Made by a program: the position numbers and the translations under genes. A stretch of DNA of 55,554 nt from an uncultured Clostridia bacterium (GTDB lineage: Bacteria > Bacillota > Clostridia > TANB77 > CAG-508): positions 1 through 55,554 of the forward strand of contig CANQFS010000005.1 of the NCBI GenBank assembly GCA_947599825.1, given 5' to 3'. This document shows, piece after piece, positions 10,738 through 21,196 of this stretch. The notes below the pieces were generated by a model. The model made no database searches. It had not been told where the DNA came from and was given only the letters and a program-made list of their open reading frames with translations. The first letter of the stretch is position 1; the number at the start of each line of letters is the position of its first letter.

Positions 10738-11079
10738 TTAGCCTTTAGCCCCCACTAAAGTTTTGTGGAACATACATCTGTCCTTTGCTTGTTCATTTAT
10801 TTTTCTATCTATTTCTCCGAGTTTATTTACGATTATTTTTACGATATCTCTTGTGTCTGCTTGTTCTCTTAATATTTCGTCTATTTGTTTTTGCATTGTT
10901 TTTTGTCCTTCTTCTAATGTTGTAACTCGTTCATTTATTTGGTTCATTTCTTGTTTCATTTCTTCAAATTGTTGGTCCATTTTTTCAAATTTTTGGTTCG
11001 TTTCTTGCTTGAATTCTTTTAATTCTTGTTTTACATCTAATACTACATTTAATATTTCTTTTAAAGTTGCTTCTTCCAT
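10738..11079 (-). CDS. Coiled-coil hypothetical protein
   Basis: 113-aa heptad-rich ORF with AAAGGAGG RBS. Confidence 0.7.
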   Translation of the reverse strand: MEEATLKEILNVVLDVKQELKEFKQETNQKFEKMDQQFEEMKQEMNQINERVTTLEEGQKTMQKQIDEILREQADTRDIVKIIVNKLGEIDRKINEQAKDRCMFHKTLVGAKG

Positions 11080-11175
11080 AATGGTTTCCTCCTTTCCTTA
11101 AAAATTTGTTATAATCATAATGGTATAATTAAACTAATAAGTCAATATGATTTTTAAAATTTATTGAATTTTTAG

Positions 11176-11367
11176 ATTTCTGTTTGTAATTAATTAAATT
11201 TATTTCATTCCTCGGCTTCCTTTCATGTTTCAACAAATTCTAAAAATAAAGAAAATGAGCCTCTCCGACAGCAAGCGCGCACCCTCATTTTTTTATTTTA
11301 AGAATTAGTAAAACCCATTCCAGTCGCATTCGTCATTGCATAAATTTAATTAATTATAAACAGAAAT
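11176..11367. repeat. Nested inverted-repeat element (MITE-like or structured RNA)
   Basis: 27-bp terminal inverted repeats at 11176-11202 and 11341-11367 (1 mismatch), plus an inner stem at 11236-11259/11284-11306. Confidence 0.65.
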
Positions 11368-11378
11368 AAAAGAAATAA

Positions 11379-13584
11379 CTATAAAATTTTTAATTTTTCT
11401 TCTAACCCTGTATTTCTTTTCTTTGTATCTGCATTTGAAATCATAAAATCAATAACATTGCTATTTCCTATAATAATTAACATTTTCTTTGCTCTTGTCA
11501 TACCCGTATATAATAAATTTCTAGTTAGTAGCATTGGAGAAGATGGCGGAATGCACATAATAACTACGTCAAATTCACTTCCGTTGCGCCTTATGAACAG
11601 TAATAGCATATGCATGTTCTATTTGGTCTAAATCTGAAAAGGCATACCATGCTACTTTATCATCATCAAAGCGAATTTTCATTAGTTTTTCTTCATCATC
11701 TATTTTTTCAATAGTTCCTAATTCTCCATTGAACACACCAGTTCCTGTTTCATAAGCAGACTCTTCTTTTTCCCAGAACATATCATAATTGTTTTTAATT
11801 TGCATTACTCTATCTTGCTCGCGGAAAATAGTGTCGCCTATTTGTTTTTCTAGCACACTTTCACTTTCAGGATTTAAATATTTTTGCAAGGTTTTATTTA
11901 ATTCTTTAGTGCCAAGCATTCCTTTTTTGGTTGGTGTTATTACTTGAATATTTTTAAAGAAATCATAATCTCCATATTTTTTAAGCCTTCCGTTACACAA
12001 AGAAATAACTTGCATTAGCATTTTTTCTTGACTTGTTTCTGGAATAAAGAAGAAGTCTTCTTGTAGTTCTTGTTCTTCTATATCTTCCTTGGTTAAAAAT
12101 TTTTCCCCTTGGTTTACTCTATGAGAATTCAAAATAATTTTACTTTTGGCAGCTTGTCTAAAAATTTTATTTAAGACAATTGTTGCAATTGTTTCAGAGT
12201 TAATGAAATCTTTTAAAATACTGCCAGGGCCTACTGATGGAAGTTGGTCTACATCTCCTACCAATACTAATTTTGTTCCTTGATATAATGCTTTTACTAG
12301 ATGATTCATTAAAAATACATCTACCATAGACATCTCATCTACAATAACTACATCAGCATCAAGTGGAGCAATTTCTTGATTAATGCTATCTAGTTTATTA
12401 TCTTCTTCAATTTTTCCAATTTCTAATAGACGGTGCAAAGTTTTTGCCTCTTTACCCGTAGTTTCTGTCATACGTTTTGCCGCTCTACCTGTTGGTGCGC
12501 AAAGAACAACCTTTTTTCCATGTACTTCGTATAAATCAATAATAGTTTTTATAATGGTGGTTTTTCCTGTACCCGGACCACCTGTAATAATGCATACATT
12601 ATTTTCATTTATAGCAAAAACTGCTTCTAATTGCTTTTCAGATAATTCAATAGAAGAATTCTTTTCCATTTTCTTTAATTCTTTTTGAATATTTTCTATA
12701 TATTTTACATTAGAAGATTCTTGCAAAATATGAATTTTCTCTGCAATATTTTTTTCCGCTTGGTAAAAAGGCGTTAAATATATCCAATCGTTTTCTTCTA
12801 CAATTTCATTATTTAGTTTTAAATCTACCATATTTTCTTCTAGTTCTTCTTGTGATACGCCAAGTAGTTCTTTGCAAAAGGTAAATAAGTTATCTTTTTG
12901 CACTTTGCAATGACCATTTATGGTAGTATTTATCATAGCATATTTAATGCCACTTTTTATTCTTTTTTCATAGTTATAGGAAATTCCAATTTCCATTGCC
13001 ATTTTATCTATTTTTCTAAAATCTACATTGTTTGCCACATCTATTAAAAGATATGGATTTGCTTCTATTTCTTCAATAGCATTTGTGCCTAGTTTTTTGT
13101 AAACATTTTTTGCATTTTGCACGCCAATTCCAAACTTTTCTAGGTAGCCAACAATTTGCCATAGTTCCCAGTTTTCAATAAAAGTTTCTGAAATGATGGT
13201 TGCTTTTTCTTTGGTAATTCCTTTTATTTGCATTAAGCGCTCAGGTTCTAGTTTTAAGACATGAATTGTTTCTTCGCCAAAAGTTGAAACAATTTTCTTA
13301 GCTGTGGCTGGTCCTACGCCTTTAATGGTGCCATTTGCAAGATAGCGCTCTAAAGAGTCTAAACTTTTTGGCATCATTTTTTCAAAGGTTTCTACTTTAA
13401 ATTGCTCTCCATAATCTTGGTGAGTTACGATTTTTCCGGTTAGTTTTAAGGTATCTCCACTACTAATAAAAGGAAGATAACCAACAATTGTGATTTCTCC
13501 TTCTTCGGTTTCAAATTCTGCTACTGTGTAACTATTTATTTCATTTTGATAAATAATGTCTTTTACTTCGCCTGTAATTTCCAA
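11379..13584 (-). CDS. recD2: RecD2-like ATP-dependent helicase; needs +1 shift at CGGA 11583-11580
   Basis: IKGVGPATA HhH, ITGGPGTGKTT, DEMSMVD and GDVDQLPSVGPG motifs; HAYAITVHKAQ|GSEF is split across frames and continues to RNLLYTGMTRAK. TTG start after an AAAGAGGA RBS. Confidence 0.9.
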
Positions 13585-13680
13585 TGAAAAAATCCTCTTT
13601 TCTCTTTTTGTTTGTTTTATTCTATCAAAAAAGAAAGGTGATTTCAACCTTTCTTTTTCAATTTTAGAGTAACCTTTTTG

Positions 13681-13872
13681 CTATTCTTTTACTTCTCTTA
13701 CTACTGCTTGGAAAAAATAATATCCGTTCAAAGAATTATCATACATTGTAGATACTCCTCCTTGTAATTCCCATCCATTTGACAACGAATCATTTACTTT
13801 TTCTGTCAGTTCTACTTCCGCAGCAAATGCCAAGCCACTTCTACCCGTTATCACTTTGTACTCCTTCTTCAT
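13681..13872 (-). CDS. DUF1737-like small protein
   Basis: EYKVITG...KVNDSLSNGWELQGGVS...FFQAVVRE. Confidence 0.75.
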   Translation of the reverse strand: MKKEYKVITGRSGLAFAAEVELTEKVNDSLSNGWELQGGVSTMYDNSLNGYYFFQAVVREVKE

Positions 13873-13956
13873 GTCATATCCTCCTTTTATTATAATGATA
13901 ATAAAACGTTGCTACTAAAAAAACTATTTGCATTATAGTATATTTCACTGATTATG

Positions 13957-14310
13957 TCAAGCATTTTTGATACTTTCTATTACTTCTTTACATTCTCTCC
14001 AATTTGTTACTTTCAAATTTTCATATTCTTTTTGCATATTATTTAAAATTTCTACTGTTCTATCGTTAGAATCTAAGTCTGTGACAATAATATTTTTAAT
14101 GCTTTCTTCTTTTCCATAAATAATGTGGAAAAGAAACGAACGTAAAAAGCCTTCTATTTTATTTTCCTGATTTTTTACTGCAACAATGACATAAATGCCA
14201 TCTGATTGTAAATTTGTATATGTAAAAATATTGATAATCGTTTTGATTATTTCAAATAAGCCATATAAGGCGAGCGTCCAAAGAATGGTATTTGCTATAA
14301 AATCTCCCAT
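13957..14310 (-). CDS. Membrane-anchored protein with partial glycosyltransferase-2-like domain
   Basis: N-terminal TM segment, VIVAVKNQENKIEG and VTDLDSNDRT. Confidence 0.6.
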   Translation of the reverse strand: MGDFIANTILWTLALYGLFEIIKTIINIFTYTNLQSDGIYVIVAVKNQENKIEGFLRSFLFHIIYGKEESIKNIIVTDLDSNDRTVEILNNMQKEYENLKVTNWRECKEVIESIKNA

Positions 14311-14370
14311 AAATATGCCTCCTATAACATATCATATGAGAGATTTTTTTGTTTGGTTCCTTCGTATTAT

Positions 14371-16737
14371 TTATTTTCTAATTGTCATTCCTTGTTTTTC
14401 TAAGTTTGCTATAATTTTTTCTAGAATTTGGTTAATTTCTTCATCTGTTAAAGTTCTATCATTTGCAGAAAATTCTAGAGAATATGCAATACTTCTTTGG
14501 TTTTCTTCTAGTCCTGCTCCTGTATAAACATCAAATACAGTGGTTGAATTTAGAAGAGAGCCTGCTGCTTTCTTAATGTATGTTGCAATTTCTCCTGCTG
14601 TTACATTTTTATTTGCTACTACAGCTAAGTCTTTCTTTACGCTTGGATATTTTGAAATTTCTTTATATTTCATTTTTCCTACTTTTTTGCTTAGTAGTTT
14701 TTCTAGGTTAATTTCCATGACGTAAACAGGTTGCTTACACTTTTCAGGGTGCACTCTTCCTACATAGCCTACTACATCATTATTTACTGATATAGCAGCA
14801 GATTGACCTGGGTGGAAAGCATCTGGAATTGTATCATTTACAACAAAACTATAACGATTTGCATAGCCTAAGTAGTCTAATAGTTCTTCTACAATTCCTT
14901 TTATTACATAGAAATCAACTGTTTTTTTGTTATCTACTCCTAAGTAAAAGTCTCCCGTCATTAAACATGCAATTTTCTTTTCTTCGCCATATTCTTCTTT
15001 ATCTTTATAGAAAGTTTTTGCAATTTCAAAAATAGAAACATCTTTATTATTACGAGCTTTGTTATATTCATAAACTTTAAATAAAGATGGAATAATAGAA
15101 TGTCTTAGGGTATTTCTTTCTTCTGTCATAGGGTCTAATAGTTTAATAATTTCAGTATCATCTTTGGTAAAGTCTTTTGCTTCTTTATCATTTACTAAAA
15201 TATAAGATAATGTTTCATTCAAGCCTAAATCGACCATTTTATTTCTAATGTTTCTTGTTTGTTTGTCATAATTTCCTGCTCTTGCTGGCAACTCTAATAA
15301 TTTTCCTTCAATATTGTTAACCCCATAAATACGACCAACTTCTTCAATTAAATCTTCTTTAATTGAAATATCTATTCTTCTTTTTGGAACTGATACAGTG
15401 ATAGTATCTTGCTTTACTTCATAAGTAAAGCCTAATCTTCTAAATACATCTAATACCGCTTCTTTTGGAACGATAGTTCCAAGTACTAAATTGATTTTTT
15501 CAAAAGTAATGTCAATTTTAGTGTCTTCTTTTGAAGTAGAATCTTCTTGTACTAATCCACCTACAATGCTTGCTCCTGCATATTTTTCTAGTAAATTGCA
15601 AGACCTTTCAATTGCCATGTATGTTCTATTTGGGTCTAAACCTTTTTCAAATCTTGTACTTGCTTCACTTCTTAAAATAGTTTTTGAAGTTTTTCTAATC
15701 TTAACAGGTTCGAAAATAGCAGCTTCAATGATAATGTTTTTGGTGTTTTCAGTAATTTCAGTTTCTAATCCACCCATAACACCTGCAAGTCCAATGGCTT
15801 TTTCGCCGTCTGAAATGACAATATCTTCTGTTGATAAGGTTCTTTCAACATTATCCAAAGTCGTCAATTTTTCATTTTCCTTTGCCATTCTTACTTCTAA
15901 CATTCCTTTTAAGGTGTCTGCATCGTAGTAATGAAGGGGTTGACCAGTTTCTAGCATAACATAGTTACTAATATCAACTACATTGTTAATTGGTCTAATG
16001 CCGGAAGCAATAAGTCTATTTTTTATGAAAGTTGGACTTTCGTGAATTTCTACATTTTCTACCTTTTTGGCTAAGAAAATAGAACAATTTTCTGTATTTC
16101 TTACCACTTTAAAAGAATTGTTAATATCTTCCTTAGTTTCGTTATGGCTTAAATCAATATCTTTTACCGGTTTGTCGTAAATTGCTGCAATTTCATGTGC
16201 CATTCCTAAAATGCTTAGCAAATCTCCACGATTTGCAGTTAATTCAAAATCAATAACACCATCGTCCATTTCCATGAACTTAATTGGGTCTTCTCCTACT
16301 TTTGCTTCTTGTGGCAATTCGTGAATTCCCTCTTTATCTTCTGGCTTTAAAAATTTGCTCTCTAACCCAAGTTCTGCAATAGAGCAAAGCATACCGTTTG
16401 ATTCTACCCCTCTAATATTTCCTTTCTTAATAGTAACATCACCTGGCAAAGTAGCACCTGGTAATGCCACAATAACTTTTAGCCCTTTTCTTACATTTGG
16501 TGCACCGCAAACAATTTGAAGAACTTCACTTCCTACATTTACTTTGCAAACGTGTAAATGGTCAGAATCTGGGTGCATATCACACTCTAGAACTTCACCT
16601 ATTACTAAATTAGTAGCATTAATCAACTTTTCTGCAGAATCATATTCATTTCCGACATTTGTCATATCTTCTGCTAAAGTTTTTAAATCTACATCAATAT
16701 CTACATAGTCTTTAACAAAATTTGTACTTAATTTCAT
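14371..16737 (-). CDS. pheT: Phenylalanyl-tRNA synthetase beta subunit
   Basis: QIVCGAPN, ESNGMLCS, TANRGDLLS, RFEKG and DLIEEVGRIYG motifs; start at MKLST. Confidence 0.97.
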   Translation of the reverse strand: MKLSTNFVKDYVDIDVDLKTLAEDMTNVGNEYDSAEKLINATNLVIGEVLECDMHPDSDHLHVCKVNVGSEVLQIVCGAPNVRKGLKVIVALPGATLPGDVTIKKGNIRGVESNGMLCSIAELGLESKFLKPEDKEGIHELPQEAKVGEDPIKFMEMDDGVIDFELTANRGDLLSILGMAHEIAAIYDKPVKDIDLSHNETKEDINNSFKVVRNTENCSIFLAKKVENVEIHESPTFIKNRLIASGIRPINNVVDISNYVMLETGQPLHYYDADTLKGMLEVRMAKENEKLTTLDNVERTLSTEDIVISDGEKAIGLAGVMGGLETEITENTKNIIIEAAIFEPVKIRKTSKTILRSEASTRFEKGLDPNRTYMAIERSCNLLEKYAGASIVGGLVQEDSTSKEDTKIDITFEKINLVLGTIVPKEAVLDVFRRLGFTYEVKQDTITVSVPKRRIDISIKEDLIEEVGRIYGVNNIEGKLLELPARAGNYDKQTRNIRNKMVDLGLNETLSYILVNDKEAKDFTKDDTEIIKLLDPMTEERNTLRHSIIPSLFKVYEYNKARNNKDVSIFEIAKTFYKDKEEYGEEKKIACLMTGDFYLGVDNKKTVDFYVIKGIVEELLDYLGYANRYSFVVNDTIPDAFHPGQSAAISVNNDVVGYVGRVHPEKCKQPVYVMEINLEKLLSKKVGKMKYKEISKYPSVKKDLAVVANKNVTAGEIATYIKKAAGSLLNSTTVFDVYTGAGLEENQRSIAYSLEFSANDRTLTDEEINQILEKIIANLEKQGMTIRK

Positions 16738-16753
16738 ATCATTTTCCTTTCTA

Positions 16754-16872
16754 GGTACCATTAGGGACGTTTCTTTTTGGTATATCTGTCCCTTTTGGTA
16801 ACTTTTACTATTAAATTTTTCCTTTATGTACCTTTAGGAAACGTCCCCAATGGTACCTCTGTCCCTTTTGGT
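16754..16872. repeat. Intergenic composite repeat (20-bp inverted pair plus direct repeat)
   Basis: GGTACCATTAGGGACGTTTC (16754-16773) versus GAAACGTCCCCAATGGTACC (16838-16857); TCTGTCCCTTTTGGTA occurs twice. Confidence 0.7.
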
Positions 16873-16876
16873 ACTT

Positions 16877-17911
16877 TTAATCCATTCGATCGAATTCATT
16901 TAGGAATCTTACGTCATTTTGGTATAATAGACGAATGTCGGTAATACCATATTTGAACATTGCTAGACGGTCTAAGCCTGTTCCAAAGGCAAAGCCTGTA
17001 TATTTTTCTGGATCATATCCGTTCATTTTTAATACATTTGGGTGAACGATTCCAGAACCTAATAGTTCTATCCAACCTGTTTGCTTACACAAGTTGCAAC
17101 CTTTTCCTTGGCATTTGAAGCAAGTAACATCTACCTCATATGATGGCTCTGTAAATGGAAAATAGCTTGGTCTAAATCTTAGTTCTGTGTTTTCTCCTAA
17201 CATTTTTTTCATGAATATTTCCAAGGTTCCTTTTAAATCTGCCAATGAAATATTCTTATCTATTACTAATCCTTCTACTTGCGCAAATTGATGTGAGTGT
17301 GTTGCATCATCATCTCTTCTATATACTTTTCCTGGACATATTACTCGAATTGGTGACTTTTCTTCATTTGCCATCATAACTCTTGCTTGCACAGCAGAGG
17401 TTTGAGTTCTTAATAAGTACTCTGGCGTTACATAGAAACTGTCTTGCATATCTCTTGCTGGGTGCCCTTGTGGCAAGTTTAACCTTTCAAAGCAATATTC
17501 GTCTGTTTCTAATTCTGGTCCATCTACTACGTCATAGCCCATGGATACGAATAAGTCTTCTACTTCTTCTATTATTCTATTTAGTGGGTGTTTACTTCCT
17601 CTTTTTACTTTGGTAGATGGAAGTGTTATATCTATTTTTTCAGTTTCTAGTTTTCTTTTTAGTTCTTCTTGTTTATATGCTTCTTCTTTTTCTGTAATTT
17701 TCTTTTCTAGTTCATCTCGAACTTGGTTTACTAAGCTTCCTATAATTGGTCTTTCTTCTGCTGATAAAGCTCCCATTCCTCTTAATAGAGCTGTTAATTC
17801 TCCCTTTTTTCCTAAGTATTTTACTCTGATGTCATTTAGCTCTTTTTCATCTTGCACATTTTCCATTTCTTTCATAGCATTTTGTCTTATTTGCTCAATT
17901 TGTTCTTTCAT
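16877..17911 (-). CDS. pheS: Phenylalanyl-tRNA synthetase alpha subunit
   Basis: [31 protein letters not shown] and [13 protein letters not shown] motifs. Confidence 0.97.
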   Translation of the reverse strand: MKEQIEQIRQNAMKEMENVQDEKELNDIRVKYLGKKGELTALLRGMGALSAEERPIIGSLVNQVRDELEKKITEKEEAYKQEELKRKLETEKIDITLPSTKVKRGSKHPLNRIIEEVEDLFVSMGYDVVDGPELETDEYCFERLNLPQGHPARDMQDSFYVTPEYLLRTQTSAVQARVMMANEEKSPIRVICPGKVYRRDDDATHSHQFAQVEGLVIDKNISLADLKGTLEIFMKKMLGENTELRFRPSYFPFTEPSYEVDVTCFKCQGKGCNLCKQTGWIELLGSGIVHPNVLKMNGYDPEKYTGFAFGTGLDRLAMFKYGITDIRLLYQNDVRFLNEFDRMD

Positions 17912-17930
17912 AGTTTCCTTTCCTTTCTTT

Positions 17931-18027
17931 TTTATTATAAAATTATTATTTTTATCCTTCTTTTCTTTATTATAAAATTGTTATTTTTATCCTTCTTTTC
18001 TTTATTATAAAATTATTTTTATCTTTC
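17931..18027. repeat. 35-bp tandem repeat, about 3 copies
   Basis: TTTATTATAAAATT(A/G)TTATTTTTATCCTTCTTTTC starting at 17931, 17966 and 18001 (last copy partial). Confidence 0.8.
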
Positions 18028-18210
18028 ATAATCCAGTTTCATACTTTTCATTTGTTCAATAAATTGATAAACTTCATTCCAATTTTTTACTTTTATAATA
18101 TTTTTTCCATTACACTGCTTATTATAGTTTTCTTCAAATACGATAACTGGTATCATTTCTGCAATTGGTATAATTATGCATTGCACAATATTATATTTCC
18201 TCCAATCATC

Positions 18211-18475
18211 AAAAAAGCAATTCTATCCTATTTTATAGGACGAACTGCCTTTATTTTCGTGGTACCACCTAATTTTACTAATACCTTTTTGTATTAGCCT
18301 CATTTCTCTTTAACGCAGAGGATACGCTATTTTCTACTTTTAATTATTTTTATAATTTCAAAAATAGTTCTCAAAAGTGAAATTTCAGTAACGAATATAG
18401 GATTGGCTTTCAGCACATTTTGCCTTTCTCTCTTTTACTATATTGCTTCCTTACTTACTTTGCTTTTTCATTGAA
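18211..18475 (-). promoter_or_regulatory. T-box riboswitch (Phe) leader of pheST
   Basis: AGGTGGTACCACG T-box at 18270-18258 with a following terminator hairpin and T run; stem I AGAGA/GCTGA elements; putative TTC specifier at 18381-18379. Confidence 0.85.
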
Positions 18476-18540
18476 TTTTAAGTTTTGTTTTTTATTGAAT
18501 TTTACGTTTTACTTTTTTATTATATTATAATAATATTATT

Positions 18541-18615
18541 TGGTGACCCCTACGGGAATCGAACCCATGATTCAGCCTTGAGAGGGCTGCGTCTTAACCG
18601 CTTGACCAAGGGGCC
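18541..18615 (-). tRNA. tRNA-Glu (CTC)
   Basis: GGCCCCTTGGTCAAGCGGTTAAGAC-GCAGCC CT CTC AA GGCTG-...GGTTCGATTCC...CCA cloverleaf. Confidence 0.95.
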
Positions 18616-18876
18616 TTATTATTTTTTATACTTTCTTATAATAGCACGTTTTTTTATTTCTGTCAATTGCCCTTGCTCTACTTTTTATGATTTATTACTA
18701 TTTTATTTTTATATTATTTTATTACTCTTTTCATAATATTTTTTATTTTAAGATAATAGTCGCTTTCATAATCTATATTGAAAATAATAAAGTGATTTTA
18801 ATCTTATTTTTAATTTTCTAAAATTAAAATTTCAAACTAAATCACTTTATTTACACTATAAAAAATATTGCTACTT

Positions 18877-19524
18877 CTATTTTTCCATATCTTCAATTTC
18901 TTGTTGTAATCTTTCTATTTCAGCTTTTCTTCTATCTATACCTTCTTGTTTTATTTGCTCTTGTTTTGCTCTATTTTTTTCTCGTTTTTGTTTCATTTCT
19001 AGCGATTCGTGAATCATTTTTCCTACCACTGGGTCAAATACCTTTTTATATCCGTTATCTTTTGTTTTGACTCCTCCTACATAGTTTCCACAAGGTTGTT
19101 CAGAATTTTCTTGTAATCCTCTTTCTAAATATTCATTTACTCTTTTTTCGTTTAATAGGGCCTTCATAACATAATCACAATAGTTACTATCTCTTTGTAG
19201 CAAATTGGTATCTATATCCATTAAAATTTTTTTATATTGTACTTTACGACCAAATTCTTGACCATCATTATTTAATATTACTGCATCATTTTCTGAATAG
19301 TATGAAATAAGAGCTTCTGTTAATATTGTATTATTGACTTGTACTTGTCTATTTAAAATTAATCTTGTTGTATCGTAGAATTGTTTAAAATCTGCTCTTG
19401 CATCATAAAAATCTAGTTGAAGCTTGCCATCTGCTGTTATACTAGAAGATAACTGATAAGGTAATGTTTGTTTTTCTTGTATATTTTCATTTTTTTCTTT
19501 TTTAAATTTATTAAATAATCCCAT
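18877..19524 (-). CDS. Hypothetical protein
   Basis: 215-aa ORF with AAGGGG RBS; starts MGLFNKFKK and ends in a coiled coil. Confidence 0.7.
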   Translation of the reverse strand: MGLFNKFKKEKNENIQEKQTLPYQLSSSITADGKLQLDFYDARADFKQFYDTTRLILNRQVQVNNTILTEALISYYSENDAVILNNDGQEFGRKVQYKKILMDIDTNLLQRDSNYCDYVMKALLNEKRVNEYLERGLQENSEQPCGNYVGGVKTKDNGYKKVFDPVVGKMIHESLEMKQKREKNRAKQEQIKQEGIDRRKAEIERLQQEIEDMEK

Positions 19525-19609
19525 AAAATTACCCCCTTATATTACAATTATACTACATTTACCTTATATTTGCAAATTTTTTAAAATTTGATACACTATC
19601 TTAAAATTT

Positions 19610-20005
19610 TCAAATTACTTTTTTTAAAACTTCTTTTAGTCTTGTGTCTTGCTTAGTTAAATATAGATAACCTATTAAGGCTTCAAATGCAGTAGCATAC
19701 ATATAGTCTGTTGCATCTGCATTTTTTGGCAAGTGATGGTTTTGCGCATTTCTTCCTCTTCTTACAATGTCTTTTTCTTCGTCTGTTAGTTCGTCATAAA
19801 TTTTTGCTAATGTTTCTGCTTGTGCCTTTGCCTTTACATATTTTATTGCTTCTATATGTAATTTGTGTGGATTTAATTTTGTTGTGTTTACGAGTTGCAT
19901 ACGAATGAATAGTTCATATACACAATCTCCTATATACGCCCAAACTAATGGTGGCATAAGTTTTACTTCTTCTATTTTCTTTTTTCTTTCTATTATTTCT
20001 TCCAC
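19610..20005 (-). CDS. mrnC: Mini-ribonuclease III
   Basis: LVWAYIGDCVYELFIR, VKAKAQA, RRGRNA and YATAFEALIGYLYL motifs. Confidence 0.92.
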   Translation of the reverse strand: MEEIIERKKKIEEVKLMPPLVWAYIGDCVYELFIRMQLVNTTKLNPHKLHIEAIKYVKAKAQAETLAKIYDELTDEEKDIVRRGRNAQNHHLPKNADATDYMYATAFEALIGYLYLTKQDTRLKEVLKKVI

Positions 20006-20037
20006 TTTGCTTTTTACCTTTCTTATTTCTAAGTATT

Positions 20038-20968
20038 TTATGGTTTTTCTAATGTAATTCTTCCTAATTTTCCGCTTCGGAATTCTTCTAGCAATAAGCT
20101 TGCTACCTTTTCTTCGTCTACTTGTCCACCTGTAACAAGGGCACCTCTTTTTCTTCCAATTATATTAAATATTTCTAAAATATTCTCGTTTTCTGGTTGA
20201 TTTGTATTATTTAATATGTTTTCTATTTCTTCTTCATCTAAATTATATCTATCTATTATATTTTTTCTTTTATTTTCTAATAAATATTTTAATAGATAAT
20301 ACGCAACTTCTACTTTTTCTAAATTGTCGTCTTTTATTGTTCCTACAAAAGCTAAGTGAAGTGCTATTTCTTGTGGCTCTAATTTTGGCCATAACATACC
20401 TGGAGTGTCTAGCAATTCAATATTTTCTTTTATTTTTACCCATTGTTTTTGTTTAGTAACTCCTGGCTTATTTCCTACCATTGCTACTGTTTTTTTTGTA
20501 ATTCTATTTATAAAAGAAGATTTGCCTACATTTGGAATTCCTACTACCATAACGCGAATGGCTTTTCCTACACGACCTTTTTCTGCCATTGCTTGTTTTT
20601 CTTCTTGTGCTATTTTTTGTACTTCTTGCAACACTTTTGATATTTCATTTGAATTATTTAAGTTTGTTGAAATTGCAGGTATATCTTGTTTTTTGTAAAA
20701 TTCTAGCCATTTCTTGCTTATTGCTTCTTCTGCTAAATCGCTTTTATTTAATAAAATAATTCTTTTCTTGTTTTTAAATAATTCTTGCAAATCTTTATTT
20801 TGACTTGCTCTTGGAATTCTAGCATCTAATATTTCGATTACAACGTCAATTAGCTTTAAGTCTTCTATAATTTGTTTCTTTGTTTTTGCCATATGACCGG
20901 GGATACCAGTTAATCGACATTTTAGAAAATTCTTCCTGATTATTTCTATTACTGTCTTTTTTAGTCAT
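20038..20968 (-). CDS. rbgA: Ribosome biogenesis GTPase RbgA/YlqF; needs +1 shift at CGGT 20899-20896
   Basis: INWYP|GHMAKT split across frames; DARIP, NKSDL, GIPNVGKSS and LLDTPG motifs; GGAAGTG RBS before ATG 20968. Confidence 0.9.
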
Positions 20969-20994
20969 TTTATCACTTCCTAACTGAATTAACT

Positions 20995-21195
20995 TTATTT
21001 CATTTTTTCTAATTCACTTAATGCTTTTGATTTTTTTATAGTTTCAATTGATATTTTAATTAAATTATTATTCACATTTTCTAAAATGTTTAGATTTGAA
21101 CATTTTTCTAAATCCGTCGAATTCGACGGATTTAAAATTTGAATTATATTTGCTTTTGCTATGTCAGAAATACAAATATAATCTTTTTCATTCAT
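20995..21195 (-). pseudogene. Internally deleted KilA-N domain gene remnant
   Basis: DYICISDIAKA in one frame and NSNFKSVEFDGFRK in another, followed by an LENVNNNLI-like segment; these resemble non-contiguous blocks of KilA-N proteins. Confidence 0.6.
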
Positions 21196-21196
21196 A

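Noticed and set aside
11379-11615. Separate 78-aa gene; likewise separate dapF halves (54337-54621, 53748-54398) and ORF 55276-55506
   Set aside because: These are fragments of single genes split at CGGN sites.
18541-19524. tRNA-Glu as the integration site of a mobile element
   Set aside because: No integrase, and no duplicated tRNA 3' end seen nearby.
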